From an uncultured Actinomycetes bacterium (GTDB lineage: Bacteria > Actinomycetota > Acidimicrobiia > Spongiisociales > DATADW01), in contig CAWACT010000007.1 in the NCBI GenBank assembly GCA_963780745.1, forward strand, positions 32,909 through 96,908: 64,000 nucleotides of DNA, given 5' to 3'. The notes beneath the pieces are model-generated. The model had not been told where the DNA came from and searched no databases. It saw only the letters and a program-made list of their open reading frames with translations. Below, piece by piece: positions 20,153 through 29,064 of this stretch. Positions within the stretch are counted from its first letter, which is position 1; the number at the start of each line of letters is the position of its first letter. A program made the translations under genes and the position numbers.

Positions 20153-21367
20153 ATGGACTCCGAAGCCTGCGCCCTCCAGGATGAAGCCATGGATGACGAA
20201 GCGACCACAACAGCCACCGAGATACCACCGCCTCCGCCAGATCCGGCGACTGGCCCAATGCCCGCCCCGTCCCTCCACCGGTCGAGATCCCACCGTGTCG
20301 TCGCCGGGGTAGCCCGGGGGATCGCCGATAGGTTCGGGGTCGCCCCCTGGGTGGTCCGAGCCGGGTTCATCGTCCTCGTTTTCGCCGCGGGTGTCGGAGC
20401 CCTGCTCTATCTGGCTGGCTGGCTGCTGATCCCCGAAGAGGGGACCGACAGGTCGGTCCTCGGTATCTCGTCGCCGACCGATACGTCGCTCATCCTCGGG
20501 GTGGCATTGATCGGGATCGGGCTGGCGGTTCTCCTCGGCTGGATGGGAATCGTCCGCGGCGACCTGGTCGTCGGGACGGCGTTGGTGGTGTGCGGGGTCC
20601 TTCTCTATCGGTGGAACCCATCGCGGCCCGATGCCGACGTGGGGCAAACGGCGGACATCTACGCCACCGATGGATCACAAACGGCGATCGTCGAGCGGCA
20701 ACCGGCGGTGCCCCCTCCGCCTCCGCCACCTCCGAAGCCGAGGAAGCCGCCGTCGATGCTGGGGCGCCTGACCATGGCGCTCGCTTTGGTCGCAATAGGG
20801 GTGGTGGCGCTGCTCGACGTGACCGGAATCCTCGCCCCCACCGCCCTCCACTATCTCGGCATCGGTCTCGGAGTCATCGCCCTCGGTCTACTGATCGGCT
20901 CGTTTTGGGGCCGGGCGAAATGGCTGGTGATCCCCGGACTGCTCATTCTCCCCCTGCTATTCGCAGCCCGCTTCTCCCAACTGACCTTGGACTACACCGC
21001 CACCAACCAGGTCATCCGCCCGCTAGAGGTAGACGACCTGCTCCCCGAGTACCGCATCGAAACCGGATCCCTGCTCCTCGACCTCGGTGCGCTCGATCTC
21101 GACGGAGCAGCGGTAGCGGTCGAGGTGTCGGTCGGTGCCGGCGAGCTGATCGTGCAACTCCCCGATGGTGTCGCAGTCGACGCCGTGGTGACCGCCCAGG
21201 CGGGCGAGATCGAAATCCTCGGGCAGCACGCTGCCGGGCTCGACATCCGGCGAGCGATTTCATATGCCGGCGATGAGGGCTCGGTCGACCTCGATGCGTC
21301 TGTGGGCATTGGCACCGCAGAGGTCCGGCTGGGCCGCGAGAGACCGTTTCTCGATCCGAGGAGATGA
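20153..21367 (+). CDS. PspC-domain membrane protein with LiaF-like C-terminal domain; divergent from the kinase
   Basis: HRSRSHRVVAGVARGIADRFGVAPWVVRAGFIVLVFAAGVGALLYLAGWLLIPEE PspC domain, a poly-Pro linker, TM helices, and a C-terminal beta-rich DUF. Confidence 0.7.
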   Translation: MDSEACALQDEAMDDEATTTATEIPPPPPDPATGPMPAPSLHRSRSHRVVAGVARGIADRFGVAPWVVRAGFIVLVFAAGVGALLYLAGWLLIPEEGTDRSVLGISSPTDTSLILGVALIGIGLAVLLGWMGIVRGDLVVGTALVVCGVLLYRWNPSRPDADVGQTADIYATDGSQTAIVERQPAVPPPPPPPPKPRKPPSMLGRLTMALALVAIGVVALLDVTGILAPTALHYLGIGLGVIALGLLIGSFWGRAKWLVIPGLLILPLLFAARFSQLTLDYTATNQVIRPLEVDDLLPEYRIETGSLLLDLGALDLDGAAVAVEVSVGAGELIVQLPDGVAVDAVVTAQAGEIEILGQHAAGLDIRRAISYAGDEGSVDLDASVGIGTAEVRLGRERPFLDPRR

Positions 21368-21600
21368 ACGTGCCAAGCGAACGCCACAGATTCGATGTCT
21401 GGTCCTTCATGTTCGGCGCTTCCTTCGCCGTATTGGCCGCTCTGACTATTTGGCTCCCGGTCGAGCCCGGCTGGGCGATCACGATCGGGCGGGCCATGGG
21501 GCCGGCCATCCTCGTGCTCATCGGGATCGGACTGCTCGTCTCCGTTGTGCAGGCGCGCCGCCCGGAGCAAGCCGGCGACCCGCTACCCGCCGAGCTGTTC
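21364..21600 (+). CDS. small two-TM membrane protein, translationally coupled (ATGA) to the PspC gene; 3' end undefined because it overlaps the fasciclin gene
   Basis: MNVPSERHRFDVWSFMFGASFAVLAALTIWLPVEPGWAITIGRAMGPAILVLIGIGLLVSVVQARR. The ORF is open to 21717, reading antisense to the fasciclin gene. Confidence 0.25.
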
Positions 21601-22308
21601 CGGGGGACTGAGCACTTGGTCGATGACGTGGATCACGCCGTTGCCGGCGGTGATGTCGGTCTCGACGACGATGGCGTCACCGACCATGACCGTCTCGCCC
21701 TCGACGGTGACCGGTAGGTCGGACCCCTGGGCGGTTGCGAGCGAGCTCTCGGTGACCAGATCGGCCGCTGGGTACTCGCCCGGGACCACGTGGTAGAGCA
21801 GGAAGGGCTCGAGCTGCGTCGGGTCGGCTAGCAACTCCTCCAATGTCCCCGTGGGGAGCTCGGCAAACGCATCGTCGGTTGGGGCGAAGAGGGTGTAGGG
21901 ACCTGCCCCTGCCAACTCCTCGGTCAGTCCGGCGGCTTCGATGGCGCTGAGCAACGTGGCGAACCGCCCGTCTCCTGCCGCAACATCCACGATGGTCTCC
22001 CCGCCGTCGGCGCCGGTGTCGGCGGTGGCAGAACCGGTGTCATCGGTCCTGGGCTCGGTGACGTCGGTGGAGGTGTCGTCGGTCCGCGGCTCGGTGTCGT
22101 CGGTCGTCGTGTCGTCGGTACGCGGCTCGGTGTCGTCCGTACTCGGTTGAGTATTAGCAACGCCGACGGTTGTCTCGACGCCTGGCACGGTCGTGTCGGT
22201 GGCGGTCCCTCCGTCGCAGGCGGCCAGCACCACCGCCAAGACGAGCGCAAACCAGATGGGGACGCGCCATCCCACGATGCGCTCCTTTCCTCGATGGCCA
22301 GCTGTCAT
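21583..22308 (-). CDS. fasciclin (FAS1) domain lipoprotein with TDDTEPR low-complexity repeats
   Basis: Lipobox LAAC, repeated TDDT(E/T)PRTDDT, and a FAS1 core (FTLFAPTDDAFAELP...GNGVIHVIDQVL). Confidence 0.75.
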   Translation of the reverse strand: MTAGHRGKERIVGWRVPIWFALVLAVVLAACDGGTATDTTVPGVETTVGVANTQPSTDDTEPRTDDTTTDDTEPRTDDTSTDVTEPRTDDTGSATADTGADGGETIVDVAAGDGRFATLLSAIEAAGLTEELAGAGPYTLFAPTDDAFAELPTGTLEELLADPTQLEPFLLYHVVPGEYPAADLVTESSLATAQGSDLPVTVEGETVMVGDAIVVETDITAGNGVIHVIDQVLSPPEQLGG

Positions 22309-22398
22309 CCCGTGACGCTAGGCGAACCGGGTCGGCGGTTCAGCCGCCGTCGCCCGGCTCCCTCGGCGCTCCGCCATCGGTGCCCCAAGTTCATTTCA

Positions 22399-22427
22399 TT
22401 GACTTGTATAGCTTGAGGACGCATAAT
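22399..22427 (+). promoter_or_regulatory. near-consensus sigma70/sigA-type promoter TTGACT-17 bp-CATAAT, about 60 nt upstream of the small-protein gene; RBS GGAGAGGGGAGG
   Basis: ttgact (22399-22404), 17-nt spacer, cataat (22422-22427). This is conspicuous in a 70% GC genome. Confidence 0.5.
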
Positions 22428-22491
22428 CGCAATGCGCATCAGGAGGGGCCAGCTGGGGCTTTCGTCCCGCTTGGGAGAGGGGAGGTTGGCT

Positions 22492-22866
22492 ATGGCCGGT
22501 AAGGTTGCAGCGATCGACGAGGAGCTACTGCAGAGGCCATTGGGCGAAATCAGTGCTTCGCAGTTCCTCCAGGTTCTCGGATCGATGGATCAAAGCAGTT
22601 CGGACCTAGTGCTTCTGCCCGACAAAAAGAAGTACGAGTTGTGGGTTGATGAAGCCGTGATCGATAAGATCAACGTCGCTGACCTACTTGAGAAGATTCG
22701 CGGTGAAAAGAAGAAGCTGGAATTGGAGAAGCGTACCGTTATCGAGCACTTCAAGAAGTACACAGAGTTCGAATTTGACCCTGAAGATCTAGTGACCAAT
22801 CCGGCAATTCGCGAGCAGCTGGTTGCAGAGATCTCAACAGAGGTGATGCGTCGTCTAGGTAGGTGA
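22492..22866 (+). CDS. 124-aa Lys/Glu-rich small protein with low GC (~50%); candidate precursor or substrate of the downstream ATP-grasp enzymes
   Basis: MAGKVAAIDEELLQ...EKIRGEKKKLELEKRTVIEHFKKYTEFEFDPEDLVTNPAIREQ... Its stop overlaps the next gene's start (GTGA). The T/K and D/E-rich segment KKYTEFEFDPED is reminiscent of graspetide cores. Confidence 0.45.
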   Translation: MAGKVAAIDEELLQRPLGEISASQFLQVLGSMDQSSSDLVLLPDKKKYELWVDEAVIDKINVADLLEKIRGEKKKLELEKRTVIEHFKKYTEFEFDPEDLVTNPAIREQLVAEISTEVMRRLGR

Positions 22867-23603
22867 CCGGCCACGTTGTCGTGGTCGGCGAATCAGCCGA
22901 CCAACTCATCGACCCTCTCACCGAGGCGCTACGCCGGAACGGACTAGGGACCACCCGGTATGACGCACGGGGAATGGCTGCGGCAGACCTGGCAGCAGAC
23001 CACGTTGCTGCCAGTATCGACGGGCAGCCGGTTCAAGCTGTGGTGTTCCGGCTATCACCGAACCTCTTGATCGCCCCTGCATTCATAGCCTCCGACCGGG
23101 GCTTCGCCGCCGCTGAATTGCGAGCGTGGTGGGCACATGTCCTCGCGTTGCCTCATGTGGCATCGGTGAATCGGTCTAACGCCGAAACATGGTTCGGATT
23201 TGCAGAGCCCGGTTATTGGCGTTCCTATCTGACCTCCGCTGGTGTCGCGGTAGCTCCGCTACGGCTGGGGCTGCCCGGTGACGACGGATGGTGGATCAGG
23301 TGGTCGGGGGAGGTCGCCAACATGCCTGATTCGATGACCGGCGGGGCTTTGGGGGCTGCTTGGGTGATGGCAGATGAGCTGCGCCCAGTCCTATGTTGCG
23401 CCGGGGAGCCTGTCGGCGGCGATCCCGAGCTAAGGCCTGCGGCCAACGCGCTTCTCCGCGCGGGGATCGTCCTGAGCGAGTTGATCGTGGACTCGCGCGA
23501 TCGCGTGGTGACCGTGTCCACACTGCCGGCCGTGGCGCTCGACTCGGCTGAGGAGGCGGCCGCACGAATTGTCAAGTGGCTCCATGCTGCTATTGATCGG
23601 TGA
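22863..23603 (+). CDS. ATP-grasp-like protein lacking catalytic motifs (degenerate or pseudo-enzyme partner)
   Basis: Its N-terminal pre-ATP-grasp region is similar to the next gene. Its C-terminus (LRAGIVLSELIVDSRDRVVTVSTLPAV...EEAAARIVKWL) parallels the ATP-grasp C-domain, but the E-x-N residues are replaced (VSTLP). Confidence 0.45.
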   Translation: MTGHVVVVGESADQLIDPLTEALRRNGLGTTRYDARGMAAADLAADHVAASIDGQPVQAVVFRLSPNLLIAPAFIASDRGFAAAELRAWWAHVLALPHVASVNRSNAETWFGFAEPGYWRSYLTSAGVAVAPLRLGLPGDDGWWIRWSGEVANMPDSMTGGALGAAWVMADELRPVLCCAGEPVGGDPELRPAANALLRAGIVLSELIVDSRDRVVTVSTLPAVALDSAEEAAARIVKWLHAAIDR

Positions 23604-24651
23604 CCCTGGCGACTTGACCGCGGCCTATTTGGGCTGGCTCGGAGCCCGACGTGGACTTGAGGTTCATTTCCTCTCCGAACAGCAGTTCGGAGTCGATTGG
23701 GTCGTGGATGCCGATGAACAGTCGGGGCACGTGGCTATCACTTCTGGGGATGAGCCGCTGAATATGGAGGCGATGCTTGGCGCGGCTATTCGCTTCAACC
23801 CCGATCCTCCCTTGCCCGACGGTTGGACCATGAGTGATTCCGCTCGTCAGATGTTCCTACTCGAGCGAAGGTCAGCGATCAGCCATGTCGTGGAGATGAG
23901 CCCGGGGAGGATTGTGAATCGTCCTTCAGCCGGCCGATCGAATGCGTCCAAGCCACTTCACATGACGCGCCTTGAGGCGATTGGCTTCGAAGTGCCTCCT
24001 TGGGTGGCGTCCAGCAACCCGCAAGCCGTCGAGGGCTTCTTGGCGACCTGTCCTGAGGGAGCCGTGGTCAAAGCGACGTCCGGGTTGCGTTCCCATGTGC
24101 GGATGGTCGGAAACGAGTACGTCGACCGACTGCGATTGGGAACAACTCCTTCTGTTATTCAGCGGTATATCGCCGGTTATGAGGCGCGAGTCCACGTCGT
24201 TGGCGACTGGGTTTTCGGATCTCGAGTCGACGCCGCTGCAGTCGACTACCGGTTCGATGAGGCGCCGGTCCGCTACCAGCCGGTCGACATACCGCCAGCC
24301 ATCGCTTCGTTGTGTCGGGAAGCCGCCCGGTCGGAACGGCTTGAGCTTGCTGGTCTTGACTTCAGAGTGAGCGCCGACGACCGATGGTGGTGTCTCGAAA
24401 TGAACCCGGTACCCACCTTCCTGCCGTACGAAGCGGCAACCGGTCAGCCAATCGGTGATGCCGTAATCGATCTCATAACCGGGACTCGGGAACACGCCGA
24501 TCGCAGCTCACCATTGGCCCTCTGGATGGCCCCGGCGTACAGCGAAGAAGCAGCAGCCACACACGACCAAAGCCGCGATGCGGATAGGACCGTCGCCGGG
24601 GACTTTGCGACTAGCGACGATCAGGGTGCTGAGGGGCACCAGCCGACCTGA
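23584..24651 (+). CDS. ATP-grasp ligase of the RimK/microviridin-maturase (MdnB/MdnC-like) type
   Basis: IGDPGDxxAAYLxxxLxxRG N-terminal domain; NRPSAGRSNASKPLHMTRLEAIGFEVPPW; VIQRYIAGYEARVHVVGDWVF; LAGLDFRVSADDRWWCLEMNPVPTFLPYEAATGQPIGDAVIDLI, a classic ATP-grasp C-domain with E-x-N. It overlaps the previous gene by 20 nt. Confidence 0.7.
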   Translation: MLLLIGDPGDLTAAYLGWLGARRGLEVHFLSEQQFGVDWVVDADEQSGHVAITSGDEPLNMEAMLGAAIRFNPDPPLPDGWTMSDSARQMFLLERRSAISHVVEMSPGRIVNRPSAGRSNASKPLHMTRLEAIGFEVPPWVASSNPQAVEGFLATCPEGAVVKATSGLRSHVRMVGNEYVDRLRLGTTPSVIQRYIAGYEARVHVVGDWVFGSRVDAAAVDYRFDEAPVRYQPVDIPPAIASLCREAARSERLELAGLDFRVSADDRWWCLEMNPVPTFLPYEAATGQPIGDAVIDLITGTREHADRSSPLALWMAPAYSEEAAATHDQSRDADRTVAGDFATSDDQGAEGHQPT

Positions 24652-24725
24652 CCGACAACGGCAACGTGGTCATCGGCCTCTTCGGACACTCGAACCGGGC
24701 CCTCTCCTGATCGACGACCTCGGCC

Positions 24726-25691
24726 TCAGGAGACCTGTGCTCGGATGTAGCCGGCGACAGTGTCCGGGTAGTAGTAGAGGAAATGTCCGATGTCGTCGAT
24801 CACGTCGGGCACCGTGCCCCGGACCGCAGCAAGTCGCGTCGTTATGTCGCGCATGGCCGGGATCGTCTTCGATCCGAAGGAGAAGCGGATGTCGGCCGGG
24901 GCGGCAGCCAAAGCGGCCTCTTCGACGGTCTCAAAGGTCAGGATCGGGATGTCGTCGAGCAGGAGCGTTTTGGCATTGCCCTCCTCCCGCGCGTCGTACC
25001 ACGACCTCGATTGCGGCGCTTCGGTGGGAGTGTCAGGCGGGCGGTCAGTGGTCAGGGCAGCAGCGCGCAACAGCGCCGCGTAGGCACCGGCCCAGTCGTC
25101 AGGGTTCGAAGCGAGATGCTCGGCGGCACCCTTGTGCAACCGCTGCTGAAGCTCGACAGCCTCCGGGATCAAGCGGAGGTACCCGGGCTCGTAGACAAGG
25201 GCGCGGCGGACCACCTCGGGGTGTCGCAGCGCCAGTTGGAGGGTGATGTTCCCACTGGAGCTGTAACCAAGTGCAACAGCGTCGCCCAGGCCGAGCGCCT
25301 CGAGGAGACCGGCGGCGTCATCGGCATGTTGGGCCGAGCCCCCGCCTGGCCAATCGTCCGCACCGCTGCGCAGGGTTCCGCGGCGGTCGTAGGTGACCAC
25401 AGTGAAGCCCGTGAGACGCTCGGCGATGGGACGCCACCCCTCGGCGTCCTCGGCACCGGCGTGGATCAGCAGCACCGCCGGGCCGGAACCGCGAACCTCG
25501 GTGTACAAGGTTGTTCCGTTCGCCGGGACACGAACAATCCGCGGTGGTTCGGCGTCGGGTAGCGCCTCGGGATTTGTTCTCAGATCCCGTTCAGCGATGT
25601 CTCTCACTCCCTGCAGTTGGCGTTCTGCGTTCTGTGTCATATGCGCATGGGTGAAACTCTCAGCCGTGTCTTGTCCTATTGGTATGTCCAT
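24726..25691 (-). CDS. alpha/beta-hydrolase fold protein
   Basis: AVLLIHAGAEDAEGW...GYSSSGNITLQLA (GxSxG nucleophile elbow). The start was chosen at MDIPIGQ; the longer ORF to 26036 is an upstream extension. Confidence 0.7.
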   Translation of the reverse strand: MDIPIGQDTAESFTHAHMTQNAERQLQGVRDIAERDLRTNPEALPDAEPPRIVRVPANGTTLYTEVRGSGPAVLLIHAGAEDAEGWRPIAERLTGFTVVTYDRRGTLRSGADDWPGGGSAQHADDAAGLLEALGLGDAVALGYSSSGNITLQLALRHPEVVRRALVYEPGYLRLIPEAVELQQRLHKGAAEHLASNPDDWAGAYAALLRAAALTTDRPPDTPTEAPQSRSWYDAREEGNAKTLLLDDIPILTFETVEEAALAAAPADIRFSFGSKTIPAMRDITTRLAAVRGTVPDVIDDIGHFLYYYPDTVAGYIRAQVS

Positions 25692-25930
25692 GCACCTCTC
25701 TTCGCTGGGGATGCTCTGAACGTCGGAAACGGAGAATCCTAAACGCCGAAGAGTCAACACTCTACGCACGCGTCCTCGGTGCGAACTCCTCGGCTCATCA
25801 CGAAGCGGTTTGTCGCGTGTGTAGCTGAACGCGCTTCCGCCAATATGAACCGCGCTCGGATGATCGCGAGTTGCTGTGTTGACTGAAGCGACAACCGTCT
25901 GGCCGCGAACGCGCGGCCCGGCCAGGCACC

Positions 25931-27015
25931 TTGACCCTTGGAGGCCGATCGTCACACGACCAGAGCCCGTGGATGCTGATCTGCGGAAGCTCCGAAGTGG
26001 TGGTGGAGTACGCCTCAGATGAGATTCGAGCGGCATTGCGGTTCACCCGGAGAGCGGCCGACTCCGCCCTCGACCTCGCTCTGGGTCTGCAGCGGCTCCC
26101 CAGAGTGTGGGAAGCGTTGGCATCAGGTGCCATCGATCTTCCCCGGGCCCGTGTGCTCTGCGAGGGGACCATCACACCTCGACGACGACGAGGCTAGGGA
26201 AGCGACCGATCTGGTTCTTGGTGCCGCTCCCCGGTTGACGACCGGCCAGGTGGCCGCTCGTATCAGTCGGGTCACCTTGGGGTTGCACCCCGACGACGCC
26301 GCCCGCCGCTATGAGACCGTGGTGGAACAGCGCCAACTGGTGTTGCACCAGGGAGCCGATGGCACCGCCGAACTGGCCGCCAGCTGCCTCCCGCCGACAA
26401 AGCAGTAGCCGCCATGAGACACGTCAACCGGCTCGCCCACAATTTGAAACGGGAAGGGGACCCCCGCAGCCTCGACCAACTCCGGGTCGACATCACTCTG
26501 GACCTGATGTGCGGGGGAGCACCCGGGGAGGGGACCGGTGTTCTGGGACGGTGGAGATCACCGTCGACCTCGCCACCCTCATCGGACTGTCCGACACCCC
26601 GGGGGACTCAATGGCTATGGACCGGTGATAGCCGACGTCGCCCGCTAGATCACCAACCGTCAACACGACTCGCAGTGGCGTGGTCACCGTCACCCACCCC
26701 GACGACGGGTCGGTGCTGTGGAACGGCACCACCCGGAGAAGACCGAGCACCGGGCTCCGCCGCTCGGTGGAAGCCCGGTCACCCTCCTGTGTCTTCCCCG
26801 GTTGCCGCATGCCGGCCGCAGCCTGCGACCTCGACCACACCGTCGACCACGCCCGCGGGGGACCAACCACCGAAGTCAACCTGGGACCGCTGTGCCGGCA
26901 CGACGACATGGTCAAGCACCGTGGACGGTGGAAACTACGGCGAACCCCAAACGGCTACACATGGACCAGCCGACTCGGACACACCTATCACACCGGGACA
27001 GACCCGCCGTCATGA
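25931..27015 (+). pseudogene. truncated, multiply frameshifted DUF222/HNH-endonuclease (REP13E12-like) element, copy 1
   Basis: Fragments in 3 frames: ALRFTRRAADSALDLALGLQRLP..IDLPRARVLCEG; VTVTHPDDGSVLWNGTTRRRPS..CVFPGCRMPAAACDLDHTVDHARGGPT..GPLCRHDDMVKHRGRWKL. These parallel the copy at 54987-56255. Confidence 0.65.
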
Positions 27016-27038
27016 AGCCGGCGGGGGAAACCCTTGTG

Positions 27039-28098
27039 TCAGGTCGATGGTACGAGCAGTTGGTTGAGGCGTTGACTGACCGGCCATGCCCCCCGGGTCT
27101 GGTTGCACAACACGGTGGAGGTGAACCGGTTACCGCGGTGGTGGGTGGAGACGAAACCGACGCCGGCGTCGCCGCCGAGCAGCGACACCGTGCCGGTTGC
27201 GTCGTCGAGCCAGAAGCCGAGCCCGTAACTCATCGACATCTCCGGCACCTCGCTGCGTGAGCGCACCATCTCCGCAACGGTGTCCGGGGAGACGATCCGC
27301 CCGGCGAACAGGGCGCCCCACAGGGCGTGGACGTCCGCAGCCGTGGTGTAGATCCCGCCGTCTCCGTTGCCGCGCACCGGGAGGTGCAGGACGTTGGTGC
27401 GCAACCCCTCGTCGTCGAGGTAGCCAACCGCGGCCCGGCCGGGCAGCTCGTCGGATCGCAGGAACGACGTGTCGGTCATGCCGGCCGGCCGGCACACGCG
27501 CTGGTCGACGAGATCATGGAACTGGACACCTGATGCCCGCTCGGCAAGCAACGCCAGCACCATGTAGCCGCCATTGCAGTAGTTGAACCGCTCGCCGGGT
27601 TCGTACTTCATCGGGTGACCGTCCAACACGGCAAGGAACTGCTCGGTCGTCGCCAGCTCGTGGACCGGCACGGTCAGGACGTAGTCGTTGCTGTCGGCCA
27701 CCTCGTCCTCGTCGAGGTAGTCACCGATTCCCGACCGGTGGGCGAGGAGCTGCTCGACGGTGACCCGGTCGTCGATCAGCGGCAGGTCAGTGCCGAGCAC
27801 CGACCGGGCCGTCGTGTCCAAGCCGAGCTCGCCACGCTCGACGAGGCTCATCACCGCCAGCGCGGTGAGACCCTTCGAGCCGCTGGCGATCGCGAACTGC
27901 GTGTCGACCGTCGTCGGGACGCCGAGACCACGGTGCGCCAGGCCGTACGCCCGTTGCACGGCGAGGCTGCCATCGAGGTCGACCCGGATCAGACCCGACA
28001 GGCCCACGTCGGCGGCGATCCCATCGACCAGCTCGCCGAGCTGGTCTTGGTCGTGACCAGACCCGCTGGACTCGGCCCGGACACTGGAATGCACCATC
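27039..28098 (-). CDS. serine hydrolase of the beta-lactamase/esterase (class C-like) family
   Basis: FAIASGSKGLTA (S-x-x-K) and YCNGGYMVLA (Y-x-N) motifs. The start was chosen at MVHSS. Confidence 0.75.
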
Positions 28099-28207
28099 TC
28101 AACACCCTCCTCTGCGGGCCTCGATGCTCGCACGCCCTCGTTGTGATGCGAGGTCGACTTTCGTGGCCCCGGCGACACCGAGACCGCCGTCCACATCCAG
28201 ACAATTG

Positions 28208-28573
28208 TCACGAGGCCAGGACAACAATCACCAGCACCGTTCGGGCCGCTCCCGGGATCGGACCGTACGGAAGCGCGAACCCGATCCAGTAGACCATCTC
28301 GAATGGGAGGAGGGCGAGGGCGAGCCACAAGCCGATGGAAAGACCCGACCACAGCAGCACTCCCACCACCAGCTCGGCTGCGCAGACCGCGATGAATCCG
28401 GCGAGCAGGGGAACGCTGGTAGGGATCCCCCAGCGCTCGAATGGACCGCCGCCGTACGTCGGGAAGCCCATGAACGTCCACACCTCGTCGTACTGAGCGA
28501 AGTACCGGAGTCCGAACACGGCCGGCAATCCGAATCCCAGGCCACTGATCCAGGCAAGTATCGCTGCCGCTTG
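28208..28573 (-). CDS. small four-TM membrane protein, hypothetical
   Basis: Starts MTQAAAILAWISGLGFGLPAV... The ORF track's longer version carries a non-hydrophobic upstream extension. Confidence 0.4.
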   Translation of the reverse strand, partial: QAAAILAWISGLGFGLPAVFGLRYFAQYDEVWTFMGFPTYGGGPFERWGIPTSVPLLAGFIAVCAAELVVGVLLWSGLSIGLWLALALLPFEMVYWIGFALPYGPIPGAARTVLVIVVLAS

Positions 28574-28970
28574 GGTCATGGCTTGACCTGGGAACGGCGA
28601 TGGAGACTCCTCCACTGCGGTTTCAGGAACCCGATCACAAAGACCGCCCCCTGGACAACATCGTCGGCCAACCAGGTCGGCGAAGCTCCGGTAGTCCGTG
28701 AGGGGTGCCCCGAGGCCAGGGGGCTGCCAGACCAACGTCGGTCATGGCCACGCCTAGTGCACGGCTGCCAAGTGTCCCGCCGAGACTTCGACGCTGCGAC
28801 TGACTGAGTGTGCAGAAATGCGAGCAGTCTGTCTGCAAGGCGGGGCTTGGCGAACCGTGCCCTTTCAAGAGTGAGCTCGCGCCTGCGGCGAATGACGCCC
28901 ATCCTCGTCCCTCACTTGCGTTCTCTGCTCGGTCCTTGTGCGAAGCTGCGCGCCAAGCCATGTATTGCCC

Positions 28971-29048
28971 TGGTGGGCCTGGCAGGATTTGAACCTGCAA
29001 CCGACGGATTATGAGTCCGCTGCTCTGACCGAATTGAGCTACAGGCCC
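28971..29048 (-). tRNA. tRNA with CAU anticodon (elongator Met or Ile-lysidine type), CCA encoded
   Basis: Cloverleaf folded by hand: acceptor GGGCCTG/CAGGCCC, D-arm GCTC/GAGC, anticodon loop CTCATAA, T-arm GCAGG-TTCAAAT-CCTGC. G1-C72 is paired, so it is not an initiator. Confidence 0.85.
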
Positions 29049-29064
29049 CAGGGATGATCGTAGG

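Noticed and set aside
20090-20647. Upstream 190 aa of the 592-aa kinase ORF 18869..20647
   Set aside because: It reads antisense to the divergent PspC gene. The PspC-domain kinase has a plausible GTG/TTG start at 20089-20095, just ahead of its PspC block.
22432-22491. ATG at 22432 as start of the small-protein gene (MRIRRGQLGLSSRLGEGRLA-)
   Set aside because: It lies at or before the predicted transcription start of the TTGACT/CATAAT promoter. The ATG at 22492 is preceded by a strong GGAGAGGGGAGG RBS.
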